A stretch of DNA of 64,000 nt, taken from assembly GCA_963749075.1 (NCBI GenBank), contig CAVVLJ010000020.1:1-64000 (forward strand). Direction: 5' to 3'. This DNA comes from an uncultured Pseudomonadota bacterium. Its GTDB lineage: Bacteria; Pseudomonadota; Alphaproteobacteria; JACZXZ01. Below, in pieces: positions 35,686 to 44,432 of this stretch (positions are counted from its first letter, which is position 1; every line of letters begins with the position of its first letter). A model generated the notes under the pieces. The model saw only the letters and a program-made list of their open reading frames with translations. It was not told the DNA's origin and searched no databases. A program made the translations under genes and the position numbers.

Positions 35686-36231
35686 ATGACGTTTCGCAAG
35701 CTCGCCCTCGTCTCGGTCGCGGCACTGTCGCTCGGCGCTGCCGCCGCCTTCGCCCAATCGGCGCCGCCGCCCGCGGGCCCGCATCCCATGATGCACCGTT
35801 TCTCCCACGCCGACATGTGCTTGGATCGTTTCGCCCACACCGCCGGCCGCCTCGCCTATCTCGAGGCTCGCCTCGGCCTGACCGCCGAGGAGCGCCCGCT
35901 CTTTGCCACGTGGCGCTCGGCGGTGGAAGCAGGTGCGGAGAAGGGGCGCGCGTTCTGCCTCGCCCACGCGCCCAAGCCGGAGACCCGCCCGACCATCGTC
36001 GACCGTGCGGCTCTCATCGAGCAAATGCTGACCGCCAAGGCCGAGACCCTGCGCGGCCAGCAGCCGGCCCTTGCCGCGCTCTACAACGCGCTCACGCCGG
36101 AGCAGCGCAGGATCCTCGATCGCCCGCACCGCGGTTGGAGACATGGCCACGGAGAGCACGGCGGCGGCGGGAAGCAGTGGCACGGCGGCCCGCATGCGGC
36201 GCCGGCCGAAGCGCCCAAGCCCGCCCAATAG
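35686..36231 (+). CDS. Spy/CpxP-family (LTXXQ) periplasmic chaperone-like protein
   Basis: Signal peptide (AFA-Q), LGLTAEE and LYNALTPEQR motifs, His/Gly-rich tail. Confidence 0.8.
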   Translation: MTFRKLALVSVAALSLGAAAAFAQSAPPPAGPHPMMHRFSHADMCLDRFAHTAGRLAYLEARLGLTAEERPLFATWRSAVEAGAEKGRAFCLAHAPKPETRPTIVDRAALIEQMLTAKAETLRGQQPALAALYNALTPEQRRILDRPHRGWRHGHGEHGGGGKQWHGGPHAAPAEAPKPAQ

Positions 36232-36284
36232 CTCCGGCGCAACCGCGGCAGGGAGGGCGCTCGACGCCGTCCCTGCCGGCGCCA

Positions 36285-36761
36285 CTACCAGAGCTGCGGC
36301 TTGGCGGTCATGAGCCAGACGACCGCCACCACCGCCGCCAGGGCCGGCCAGCCCAGCGTAAACCATAGCCTCATGCAGTGGTGATAGGCCGGCGGCAGGG
36401 GCCGCCCGGACATAAGAGCCGCTTGCGCCAAGTGGTGGGCCTTGATCTGCAGCGAGACGACGGGCAGCCAGCAGGCGGCGGCGAGCACGTAGAGCGCGTA
36501 GGCGGCGACGAGCCACGGCTGCAAGGCGTCGATGCCGGAGAGCCAGACGAGCGCGGCGCCGGTCAGCGGCTGGACGATGACCGCCGGGGTGGTGAAGAAA
36601 AAATCCGCCAGCACCACGTTGCGCGACACCGCGGCAATGGCGCGCACATCTCCCGTGCGATGGGCGAACCACATATGGAAGGCCGTGCCCAGGCCGGTGC
36701 CGAGCAGCACGGTGGCGCCGAGGATATGGATGGTCTTGAGAAGGAGATAGGCGCTGCTCAT
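36285..36761 (-). CDS. DUF2269 family integral membrane protein
   Basis: LKTIHILGATVLLGTGLGTAF, ADFFFTTPAVIVQPLTG, WFTLGWPA, WLMTAKP. Confidence 0.85.
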   Translation of the reverse strand: MSSAYLLLKTIHILGATVLLGTGLGTAFHMWFAHRTGDVRAIAAVSRNVVLADFFFTTPAVIVQPLTGAALVWLSGIDALQPWLVAAYALYVLAAACWLPVVSLQIKAHHLAQAALMSGRPLPPAYHHCMRLWFTLGWPALAAVVAVVWLMTAKPQLW

Positions 36762-36829
36762 CGCTCGGCCTCGATCGCGGCAAGGGCCGGCGCCGCGCTG
36801 CCGGCGGCACCCCTGAGAAGCACTTTCAT
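36758..36829 (-). pseudogene. 23-codon remnant, possibly an internally deleted SDR/DoxX-like gene
   Basis: MKVLLRGAAGSAAPALAAIEAER*, with an ATGA overlap into the DUF2269 gene; begins like a Rossmann fold (MKVLL.GA.G). Confidence 0.45.
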
Positions 36830-37009
36830 ACGGCGCCGCGCGGGCGGCACATTAGCATGGTGAGGCTGCCTGGCCGCGCAGCTTTCCTGGTGCGCCGGGC
36901 GGATTTTGAGCGATAATGGGCAGCCCTTCCGCCAAGTGCCCTGTTGCCTGCCCATGAAATTTGCGATGACTGGCTCAGAGATCGCCCGACCGCCGCAGAG
37001 TGCCGCGGC

Positions 37010-37762
37010 ATGATCGAGGTCTCCGATCTCTACAAGTCGTTCGGCGGCCTGCATGCCGTGCGCGGCGTGAGCTTCCTCGCCCGCGACGGCGAGATCACCG
37101 GCATCATCGGACCGAACGGCGCCGGCAAGACGACCATCCTGCGCATGATCTACACCGTGCTGACGCCCGACTCGGGCCGCACGCTCGTCGACGGCTACGA
37201 CGCGCGCCACGAGCGCCGCGCCGTGCAGCGGCGCCTGGGCGTGCTCCCCGACGTGCGCGGCCTCTACCCGCGGCTCACGGCGCGCGAGCACGTGCGCTAT
37301 TTCGGCGAGCTGCACGGCCTCTCCGATGCCGAGATCGAGCGGCGCACGGACGAGCTCGTGGCCACGCTCGCCATGGAGGACTTCATCGACCGGCGCGCCA
37401 AGGGCTTCTCGCGCGGCCAGCAGATGAAGGTGGCGCTGGCGCGCGCCCTCGTGCACCAGCCTCACAACGTCATGCTCGACGAGCCGACCAACGGCCTCGA
37501 CGTGGCGACCAGCCGCGCCGTGCGCGAGCTTCTGCGCCGCTTCCGCGCCGAGGGCCGCTGCGTCCTCCTCTCGAGCCACATCATGCAGGAGGTGGCGGCA
37601 TTGGCCAACCGCATCGTCATCCTCGCGGGCGGCCGGGTGGCGCTCCAGGGCACGCCGGCGGAGCTGCGCCGGGCGACCGGGGTCGAGGATCTCGAGGAGG
37701 TGTTCATGGCCGCAACGCGCGCGGCATTCGAGCCCGAGCTGCCGCTCGCGGCGGCGGGCTGA
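37010..37762 (+). CDS. natA: NatA-like ABC ATP-binding protein (Na+ export type)
   Basis: [57 protein letters not shown]. Confidence 0.85.
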   Translation: MIEVSDLYKSFGGLHAVRGVSFLARDGEITGIIGPNGAGKTTILRMIYTVLTPDSGRTLVDGYDARHERRAVQRRLGVLPDVRGLYPRLTAREHVRYFGELHGLSDAEIERRTDELVATLAMEDFIDRRAKGFSRGQQMKVALARALVHQPHNVMLDEPTNGLDVATSRAVRELLRRFRAEGRCVLLSSHIMQEVAALANRIVILAGGRVALQGTPAELRRATGVEDLEEVFMAATRAAFEPELPLAAAG

Positions 37763-37765
37763 GCC

Positions 37766-38932
37766 ATGTCGACCATCGCCATCGTGTTCCGCAAGGAGAT
37801 GACCGACAACCTGCGCGACCGGCGCAGCATTCTCGTCGCCATGATCTATCCGCTCATGGGCCCGCTGCTGCTCGGCCTGCTCTTCACCTTCGTGGGCGGC
37901 ATGCTCAAGGTGCAGCCGTCGAGCGGCATGTCGGTCTGGGTCGCCAACCGGGAGAATGCGCCGGCCTTCGTGCAGTTCCTCGCGGCGCACGGGGTCGCGA
38001 TCCGCCCGGCGCCGAGCGATCCCGAGGGTGCCGTGCGGCGCTCCGAGCTGCCGCTCGTGCTGATGCTGCCCGAGAAGGCGCCGGCCGCGGCCGGGGCACC
38101 GCTCGAGGTCAAGCTGATCTCGGACCCCTCGCGTCTCGACAGCATCGTGGCCGTTGGCCAGGTGCTCGACCTCCTCCACGACTATGAGCGCGTCACCACC
38201 GCGGAGAAGCTGCGCGCCGCGGGCTTGAGCCCCGACGTGGCGACCTCGCTCCGCGTCGTGCAGGAGACCGTGGGGCGCGCCTCCAACTTCTCCTCCATGC
38301 TGTTCAACATGATCCCGCCTTTCCTCATGTTCACCCTCTTCATCGGCGGCGTCTATCTGACGCTCGACGCCACCAGCGGCGAGCGCGAGCGCGGCTCCTT
38401 CGAGCCGCTGATGATCAACCCGGTGAGCCGCTCGGAGGTGCTCATGGGCAAGCTGGGCGCTGCCGTCGTCTTCACCCTCCTGGCGCTCGCCGTGCAGGTC
38501 TTCGCCTTCTGGGTCATGCTCCACGTAGTACCGCGCGAGGCGCTCGGCCTCGAGCTTCTGCCCGGGCCCTTGCAGTTGGCCCTCCTTCTGCCGGTCTGCC
38601 TGCCGCTCGCCCTCTTCGCCGTGGCGACCCAGCTCATCATCACCGCGGTCACGCGCAGCCTCAAGGAGGCGCAGACCTATCTCGGCCTGCTCCCTCTGGT
38701 GCCCGGCATTGCCGGCATGGTGCTGGTCTTCGTGCCGGTGCAGGTGCGCTCCTTCCTCGCCGCCATCCCGACCTTCGGGCAGACGCTGCTCATGGGCCAG
38801 GTGATGCGCAGCGAGGCGGTGAGCTGGACCTTCATCGGCATTTCCGTGGCGGCGACGCTCATCGTCACCGCAGCGCTCCTGGCGCTTGCCTTCCGTCTCT
38901 ACGAGCGCGAGGAGATCCTGTTCCCGGCTTGA
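37766..38932 (+). CDS. natB: NatB-like ABC permease
   Basis: VFRKEMTDNLRDRR, DATSGERERGSFEPLM, RSLKEAQTY. Confidence 0.85.
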   Translation: MSTIAIVFRKEMTDNLRDRRSILVAMIYPLMGPLLLGLLFTFVGGMLKVQPSSGMSVWVANRENAPAFVQFLAAHGVAIRPAPSDPEGAVRRSELPLVLMLPEKAPAAAGAPLEVKLISDPSRLDSIVAVGQVLDLLHDYERVTTAEKLRAAGLSPDVATSLRVVQETVGRASNFSSMLFNMIPPFLMFTLFIGGVYLTLDATSGERERGSFEPLMINPVSRSEVLMGKLGAAVVFTLLALAVQVFAFWVMLHVVPREALGLELLPGPLQLALLLPVCLPLALFAVATQLIITAVTRSLKEAQTYLGLLPLVPGIAGMVLVFVPVQVRSFLAAIPTFGQTLLMGQVMRSEAVSWTFIGISVAATLIVTAALLALAFRLYEREEILFPA

Positions 38933-39285
38933 CGGCGGGCCGCGTGAGCGTGCCTTCCGTCCGGCCGCCGCCGGTGGCGCCGTCAAGCACCTCTATTGCG
39001 CTTGCCATGGGCCATGAAGATCGCTACTCTCAATCGAGCTGAATCATGATAAGTGCCTGAATCTCCTCAAGGCTCTGTACCTGAAGGGTACCGGCTGCGA
39101 TGTCGGGCAGCCGAGGGGGAGCTCGATGCCGGAGAAGATGTTCGCGCTTGCCGCGATAGGGGGGTCGCCATTCGGGGGAACGCGGGATACTGCTGCGCAA
39201 TGCTGAGACGTGCGCGGCTCTCGATCAGCAGCCCGCGGCGCTCGCGTCGACATCTCGGCACAGTTCAACGACCGATAGAAGGGCC

Positions 39286-40506
39286 ATGACAGCAGGCAGC
39301 AAGCGCGCCGGCGGCACGCGGGGGGCCGTCCTGTTGACCGGCGCCACCGGCTTCGTCGGCTCCCTCGTGGCCGCCGTCCTGCTCGAGCGCGAAGCGCGGC
39401 AGGTGGTCGCCCTCGTGCGCAAGGGCCGGCAGCCCGCCGATCTGGCGGCGCGCATCCTGCCGGAGCTGACGGCCGGCCGGAGCGCAGGCAGCGAGGCCGA
39501 GGTGTTCGCGCGGCTCTCCACCGTGGCGATGCCTTCGCCCGACCGGCTTGTCGAGCTGGCGCCGGAGCTGCGGCGCCTCGGCATCACGGAGATCGTCCAC
39601 TGCGCCGGCTGCATGGCCTATTTCAACACGCCGGAGCTCGAGGAGACCAACGTCCTCCTCACCGACCGCATGCTCGACCTCGCGCGGGCTCTCTCCGTCG
39701 AGCGCTTCGTCTATATCTCCACGGCCTACAGCTCGGGCTATGTCGAAGGACGCGTCGCCGAACGGCTCCATGACGAGCCGCGCAAGGACCCGACCGAATA
39801 TGCGCGGACGAAGCGCGCGGCGGAGCGGCACATTGCCGCGAGCGGGGTGCCGTACCTGATCGTCAGGCCCTCGGTCGTCATCGGCGACAGCCGCACGGGA
39901 CGCTACAGCGGCAAGGACACCGGCCTCTATCAGTATTGGCACGGCTGGGAACGGCTGCTCCTCGACTATTACCGCCCCGAGAGTCACATGGTCGCGCCGC
40001 GCCTGCCGGTCAATTTCGTGCACCAGGACGCCTTCCAGAATGCGTTTCAGGCCGCCTATCGACATCTCGAAGCGGGTGCCCTCTTCAATCTCACCTCGGA
40101 CTCCAGCAAGACACCCACGGTGCGCGAGCTCTGCGAGATGTGGCTGGCGTCGATCGGCAGGCCCGACCGCGTCTATTATTACGATCGCCTGACGGAGGTT
40201 CCGCTCGAGCGCATCCATCCGCGTCAGCGGGCGTTCCTCCTGCTCGCGTCGGTGAATATCGGAATATCGTCGCACCCCTGGGATTTCGAAAACGGCAACA
40301 TGATCCGGCTCAAGGAGCGCGGGCTCGACTTCGCCGACGCCACGCGCGAGACGATGCTCATTTGCCAGGCGCGCTACGTGAACGCCTCTCCCCGCCTGCG
40401 CGCGGCCGCTGCCGCCTTCGCGTCGCACAGCGTCTCCGAAGCCCCCGAGCAAGTGGCTCCCCAGCCGGCGGCCGCAGCGCCCGAGGCCGCCCGGCCTGAG
40501 GCCTGA
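39286..40506 (+). CDS. Extended SDR, fatty acyl-CoA/thioester reductase (male-sterility) type
   Basis: LTGATGFVG, HCAG, YISTAY, YARTK, IVRPSVVIGD. Confidence 0.8.
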   Translation: MTAGSKRAGGTRGAVLLTGATGFVGSLVAAVLLEREARQVVALVRKGRQPADLAARILPELTAGRSAGSEAEVFARLSTVAMPSPDRLVELAPELRRLGITEIVHCAGCMAYFNTPELEETNVLLTDRMLDLARALSVERFVYISTAYSSGYVEGRVAERLHDEPRKDPTEYARTKRAAERHIAASGVPYLIVRPSVVIGDSRTGRYSGKDTGLYQYWHGWERLLLDYYRPESHMVAPRLPVNFVHQDAFQNAFQAAYRHLEAGALFNLTSDSSKTPTVRELCEMWLASIGRPDRVYYYDRLTEVPLERIHPRQRAFLLLASVNIGISSHPWDFENGNMIRLKERGLDFADATRETMLICQARYVNASPRLRAAAAAFASHSVSEAPEQVAPQPAAAAPEAARPEA

Positions 40507-40534
40507 GAAGAGGCGCCGCATCCGAGGCGAGCCC

Positions 40535-41773
40535 ATGGCGACGATCCTCTTCAAGAACGCCCGCATCTTCGACGGCCGCACGCCGCACCTTCTCGAGGGA
40601 CGAGAGGTGCTGGTCGAGGGCGGCCTCATCAAGGAGGTCCGGGAGGGTGCTTCGGCAGTGCCTGCGGACGAGGTGATCGACGCGGGCGGGCGCACGCTCA
40701 TGCCGGGCCTCATCGACCTCCACGTCCACATCTGGGCGGCCGAGCTCAACGTGCCGCGCATGCGCGAGCTGCCGGCCGAGTATCTCGCCCTCTTCGCCGC
40801 GGGCACCCTCGAGAGGAGCCTCGACCGCGGCTTCACGGCGCTGCGCGATGCGGGCGGCACGGACGCGGGCTATGCGCTCGCGATCGAGAAGGGCTTCGTC
40901 AAGGCGCCGCGCTTCTACCATTCGGGCCGCTTCATCTCGCAGACCGGCGGGCACGGCGATTTCCGCACCGCCTTCGAGCAGGGCTTCGCCGAATGCGCCT
41001 GCTGTCCGCCGGCCCAGGCGCGCTTCACCGCGATCGCCGACGGGGCGGACGCCGTGCGCAAGGCGGTGCGCGAGGAGTTCCGCCGCGGCGCGCGCCAGGT
41101 GAAGCTCATGTGCTCGGGCGGCGTCGCGAGCCCGACCGACCCGCTCGACAAGCCGCAGTTCACCGAGGCCGAGATTCTGGCCGCGGTCGAGGAGGCGGAG
41201 ATGCGCGGTCTCTACGTCTTCGCCCACTGCCATCCGGACGCGGCCATCCGCCGCGCCGCGGCCCTGGGCGTGCGCTGCATCGAGCACGCCTCCTTCATCA
41301 GCGAGGAGACCGCGCGCTTCCTCGCCGAGCGGGGCACTTACGTCGTGCCCACGCTCGCCGTCGCCAAGGCGCTCAACGACGACGGTGCCGCCATGGGCTT
41401 CCCCGCGGCGAGCCTCGCCAAGCTCGGCGGCATGTACGAGGCGATGCTCGAGGGCCTCGCGCGCATGAAGCGGGCGGGCGTCAAGATGGGCTTCGGCACC
41501 GATCTCCTCGCCCAGCACCAGGACCGCCAGTCGAGCGAGTTCGCCATCCGCGCCCAGGTGCTGCCCGCCTACGACATCCTCACGGCTGCCACCAGCATGG
41601 CCGCGGAGATCCTCATGGAGGAGGGCCGCCTCGGCGTGATCGCCCCCGGCGCCTACGCCGACCTCCTCGTGGTCGACGGCGATCCGCTCTCCGATATCCG
41701 CCTCCTCGCCCGCGGCGGCGAGGCGCTCTCGGTGATCATGAAGGCGGGCGCCTTCCACAAGCGGCGCATCTGA
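40535..41773 (+). CDS. Metal-dependent amidohydrolase (Xaa-Pro dipeptidase-like)
   Basis: LMPGLIDLHVH, GFTALRDAGG, ISQTGGHGD, KLMCSGGVASP, IEH, GFGTD, GAYADLLVVDGDP. Confidence 0.9.
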   Translation: MATILFKNARIFDGRTPHLLEGREVLVEGGLIKEVREGASAVPADEVIDAGGRTLMPGLIDLHVHIWAAELNVPRMRELPAEYLALFAAGTLERSLDRGFTALRDAGGTDAGYALAIEKGFVKAPRFYHSGRFISQTGGHGDFRTAFEQGFAECACCPPAQARFTAIADGADAVRKAVREEFRRGARQVKLMCSGGVASPTDPLDKPQFTEAEILAAVEEAEMRGLYVFAHCHPDAAIRRAAALGVRCIEHASFISEETARFLAERGTYVVPTLAVAKALNDDGAAMGFPAASLAKLGGMYEAMLEGLARMKRAGVKMGFGTDLLAQHQDRQSSEFAIRAQVLPAYDILTAATSMAAEILMEEGRLGVIAPGAYADLLVVDGDPLSDIRLLARGGEALSVIMKAGAFHKRRI

Positions 41774-41801
41774 GCGAGGTGCTGCGGCTCTATTCCGCCG
41801 C

Positions 41802-43715
41802 CTACTGGCCTAACATGAAGCCGTCGTACTTATCCAGGGGGCCCGCATTCTTCGCGTCCGACTCGTTGTCCCCGTGATACCAATTCCATGCGTTCATAAG
41901 ACCTGTCTTCACGCCCAGGCCATTCACGTAGAGCCAGCTGACGTTCCTCTGCGCCTGGTGATAGTTCTGCTGGGCGGCCTTGAGGAACCAGCGCATGGCT
42001 TCCTCGTAGTCCCTCGGCACGCCGAGGCCTCTCCCGTAGATCACGCCGATGCGGTTCTGCGCCCGGGCGAGTCCTTGATCCGCGGCCATGCGGTACCATC
42101 GCATCGCCTCGGTATAATCCTTCGCCACGCCCAATCCGTTGGCGTAAAGCACGCCGACGCTGTATTGCGCTTTGGCATCGCCCTGCTCCGCAGCGGCGCG
42201 ATACCACCTCATCGCTTCTGCGTAATCCTTCCTGCGCACGGCGTCATTGCCCTTGCGGTTGGCGTCTTCTGCTGAAATCGCAGGCACTGACGCCTGCTGC
42301 CGGGGCACGGACAGCGTCTCCGCCGGTTGCTTGACTTTGGAGTCCGGGAGCGCGGCGTTCTCGCGCAAGTTCTGCACCGGCCGGCGCGCCGGCGGCTCTT
42401 CCGATATTTCCGTCTCCGACACGCGCTCGGACATCGGGCTCGAACTCTGCAGTTCCGGCTTCGCTTCCGCCGAGCCTTCCTGATCCTGAATTGGTGCCGC
42501 CGGCGATGCCAACGCCAGCTTCAGCTTTTCGATCCGGCGCCGCGCCAAGCCTGCGAACTTCCCCTTGGGGTACTCCCGGAGGTACTCCTCGAAGAGATCG
42601 GCGTCCTCAGAATCCTTGACCGAATTCCAGAAGACGATCTCCGCCTCGCCGGCGGTGCTCGGCGCGGCCGGCGCCGGTGCAGGTGCGACAGTCTGCGGCG
42701 CGGGCGTCGGCTTGGCGGCGGATCGAGCCAGCTCCCTGATTTTGTATCTGGCCAAGCCCGCGAACCTTCCCGCCGGAAATTGCCGGAGATATTCCTGGAA
42801 GGCCTCCGGATTCCTCTCGTCCATGACGGACTTCCAGAACTCGAGTTCCGCCACGTCGCCGCTGCCGGACGCCGGCGCAGGTTGCTGCGGCGCTGTCGCG
42901 GCCGCCGCGGGCTGACCGGAACCGCCAAAGTAGAATGCGCCCTCGATCGGCGAGCTCGCCAGATATGGTTGCTGCGAGCCTTTCGTGTCGCGTCGGACGG
43001 TCACGCCCACCTCGTTGAACATGGGGAGGATATCGAGGCCGCGCCTTTTCATCGTCCCGGCCAGCGCTTTCGTATAGGGACTGTTTCCCCCGGCGGGACC
43101 ATCGCTTGCGACGTTCCCGGGCTCCGTCGCATAGGAGATCAGCGTGCCATTGGCATTCGATGCCTCCATCGGGGCGAGCCCGTGCTGTCCGACGATTCGA
43201 AGGCCGCGAGAGTCTCCGCGGCCGAAGGGATTGTCGCGGCAGGAGTCGAGGATCATGACCTTGAGCCACGCTCCGGAAGCCTCCATCTGGCTCAGCACGA
43301 GATCGACTTTGACAAGCTCCAAGTCCGCGTCCGCGGCCTGTCTTGGATTGGCCTCGATCGGCAGGAGATAGTTGGCGGCTTGCAGCTGCAGCGCATGGCC
43401 GGCAAAGTAGAAGACCGCCACAGAGCTTGGGCCGAGCTGTTCGCGGAACGATCTGATCGCTGCAATAAACGCGGTCTGGTCGAGGTTCAGAAGCGCGCGA
43501 TCCCCCACCAGGGTGAAGCCCAGCCCCTGCAACGTGCTTGCCATGAGCCTGGCGTCATTGAGCGTGTTCTCGAGGCGCGGGGCATGCTTGTAAGCCGCGT
43601 TCCCAATAACCAGTGCGACGCGCCGCTCCGGTGCGGCCGCCAAGGCAAGCCCCGCGAGCAGCACGAGCGCCGCGGCCAAGCTCCCGCGGAATGCGATTCG
43701 GAGAAGCCCCCGCAC
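41802..43715 (-). CDS. Secreted caspase-family peptidase (C14) with two helical repeats and C-terminal Sel1 repeats
   Basis: Signal peptide; RVALVIGNAAY, FYFAGHA, ILDSCRDNP (His-Cys dyad intact); Sel1 repeats AQYSVGVLYANGLGVAKD..EAMRWY. GTG start inferred. Confidence 0.88.
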   Translation of the reverse strand: MRGLLRIAFRGSLAAALVLLAGLALAAAPERRVALVIGNAAYKHAPRLENTLNDARLMASTLQGLGFTLVGDRALLNLDQTAFIAAIRSFREQLGPSSVAVFYFAGHALQLQAANYLLPIEANPRQAADADLELVKVDLVLSQMEASGAWLKVMILDSCRDNPFGRGDSRGLRIVGQHGLAPMEASNANGTLISYATEPGNVASDGPAGGNSPYTKALAGTMKRRGLDILPMFNEVGVTVRRDTKGSQQPYLASSPIEGAFYFGGSGQPAAAATAPQQPAPASGSGDVAELEFWKSVMDERNPEAFQEYLRQFPAGRFAGLARYKIRELARSAAKPTPAPQTVAPAPAPAAPSTAGEAEIVFWNSVKDSEDADLFEEYLREYPKGKFAGLARRRIEKLKLALASPAAPIQDQEGSAEAKPELQSSSPMSERVSETEISEEPPARRPVQNLRENAALPDSKVKQPAETLSVPRQQASVPAISAEDANRKGNDAVRRKDYAEAMRWYRAAAEQGDAKAQYSVGVLYANGLGVAKDYTEAMRWYRMAADQGLARAQNRIGVIYGRGLGVPRDYEEAMRWFLKAAQQNYHQAQRNVSWLYVNGLGVKTGLMNAWNWYHGDNESDAKNAGPLDKYDGFMLGQ

Positions 43716-43908
43716 CCCCGACCCCCCAGGCCAAGATCTCGCAGACCCCGCTTCCTGTTGCCCGCAATGGTAGCATAGTCTGCCTCGGGCCGCGAGTTCT
43801 TGCGCGCCCGACAGTCGTGCGCGCCCGCAGCAGGCAGAGCGATGCCCGCAGCGCGCACTTGCGCTATGATGGCGCTTCTGCGAGCCGCAAGCGCCGGAGG
43901 CTTGACCC

Positions 43909-44304
43909 ATGAGCATCGCCATCGACCGCATCGACCACGTCGTGCTCAATTGCCGCAACGTCGAGGCGACCGCCGCCTGGTACGTGCGCGCGCTCGGCAT
44001 GGCGCGCGAGCGCTTCGGCCCGGAGCTGCGCACGGCGCTCAAGTTCGGCCGGCAGAAGCTCAACCTGCGGCCGAGCGGAGCCGCCAACTGGGAGACGGGG
44101 GCGGTCGATGCGCCGGGTGCTCTCGACCTTTGCTTCATCACCTCGGCTGCGCCGCAGGAGGTACTGGCGCATCTCGAGAGCTGCGGCATTGCCGTCTCGG
44201 CCGGACCGGTGACGCGGACCGGTGCGCTCGGGCCGATGACCTCGGTCTATTGCCGCGATCCCGACGGCAACCTCGTCGAGATCGCCTCCTATCCGGCGGC
44301 CTGA
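43909..44304 (+). CDS. VOC/glyoxalase family protein
   Basis: IDHVVL, FGRQKLNL, DLCFIT, GPVTRTGALG..TSVYCRDPDGNLVEI. Confidence 0.9.
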   Translation: MSIAIDRIDHVVLNCRNVEATAAWYVRALGMARERFGPELRTALKFGRQKLNLRPSGAANWETGAVDAPGALDLCFITSAAPQEVLAHLESCGIAVSAGPVTRTGALGPMTSVYCRDPDGNLVEIASYPAA

Positions 44305-44432
44305 GCGCCGCGAGAGTCAGGCAAACTCGAGGTGCCGCACCTGCTTCAGAGCGTCGCACCACGTGGCGCGGGACGCTCCAAGCCGCTAGTATGCGGAGGC
44401 GTTTCGGCCGCACTTGCGAGGACCGCCGGTTC

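Noticed and set aside
38927-38988. 11-bp inverted repeat overlapping the natB stop codon
   Set aside because: Long loop and no U-tract; cannot be distinguished from chance or a weak terminator.
39120-39265. 6S RNA or known riboswitch
   Set aside because: No recognisable conserved 6S or riboswitch sequence; kept only as a generic structured-leader candidate.
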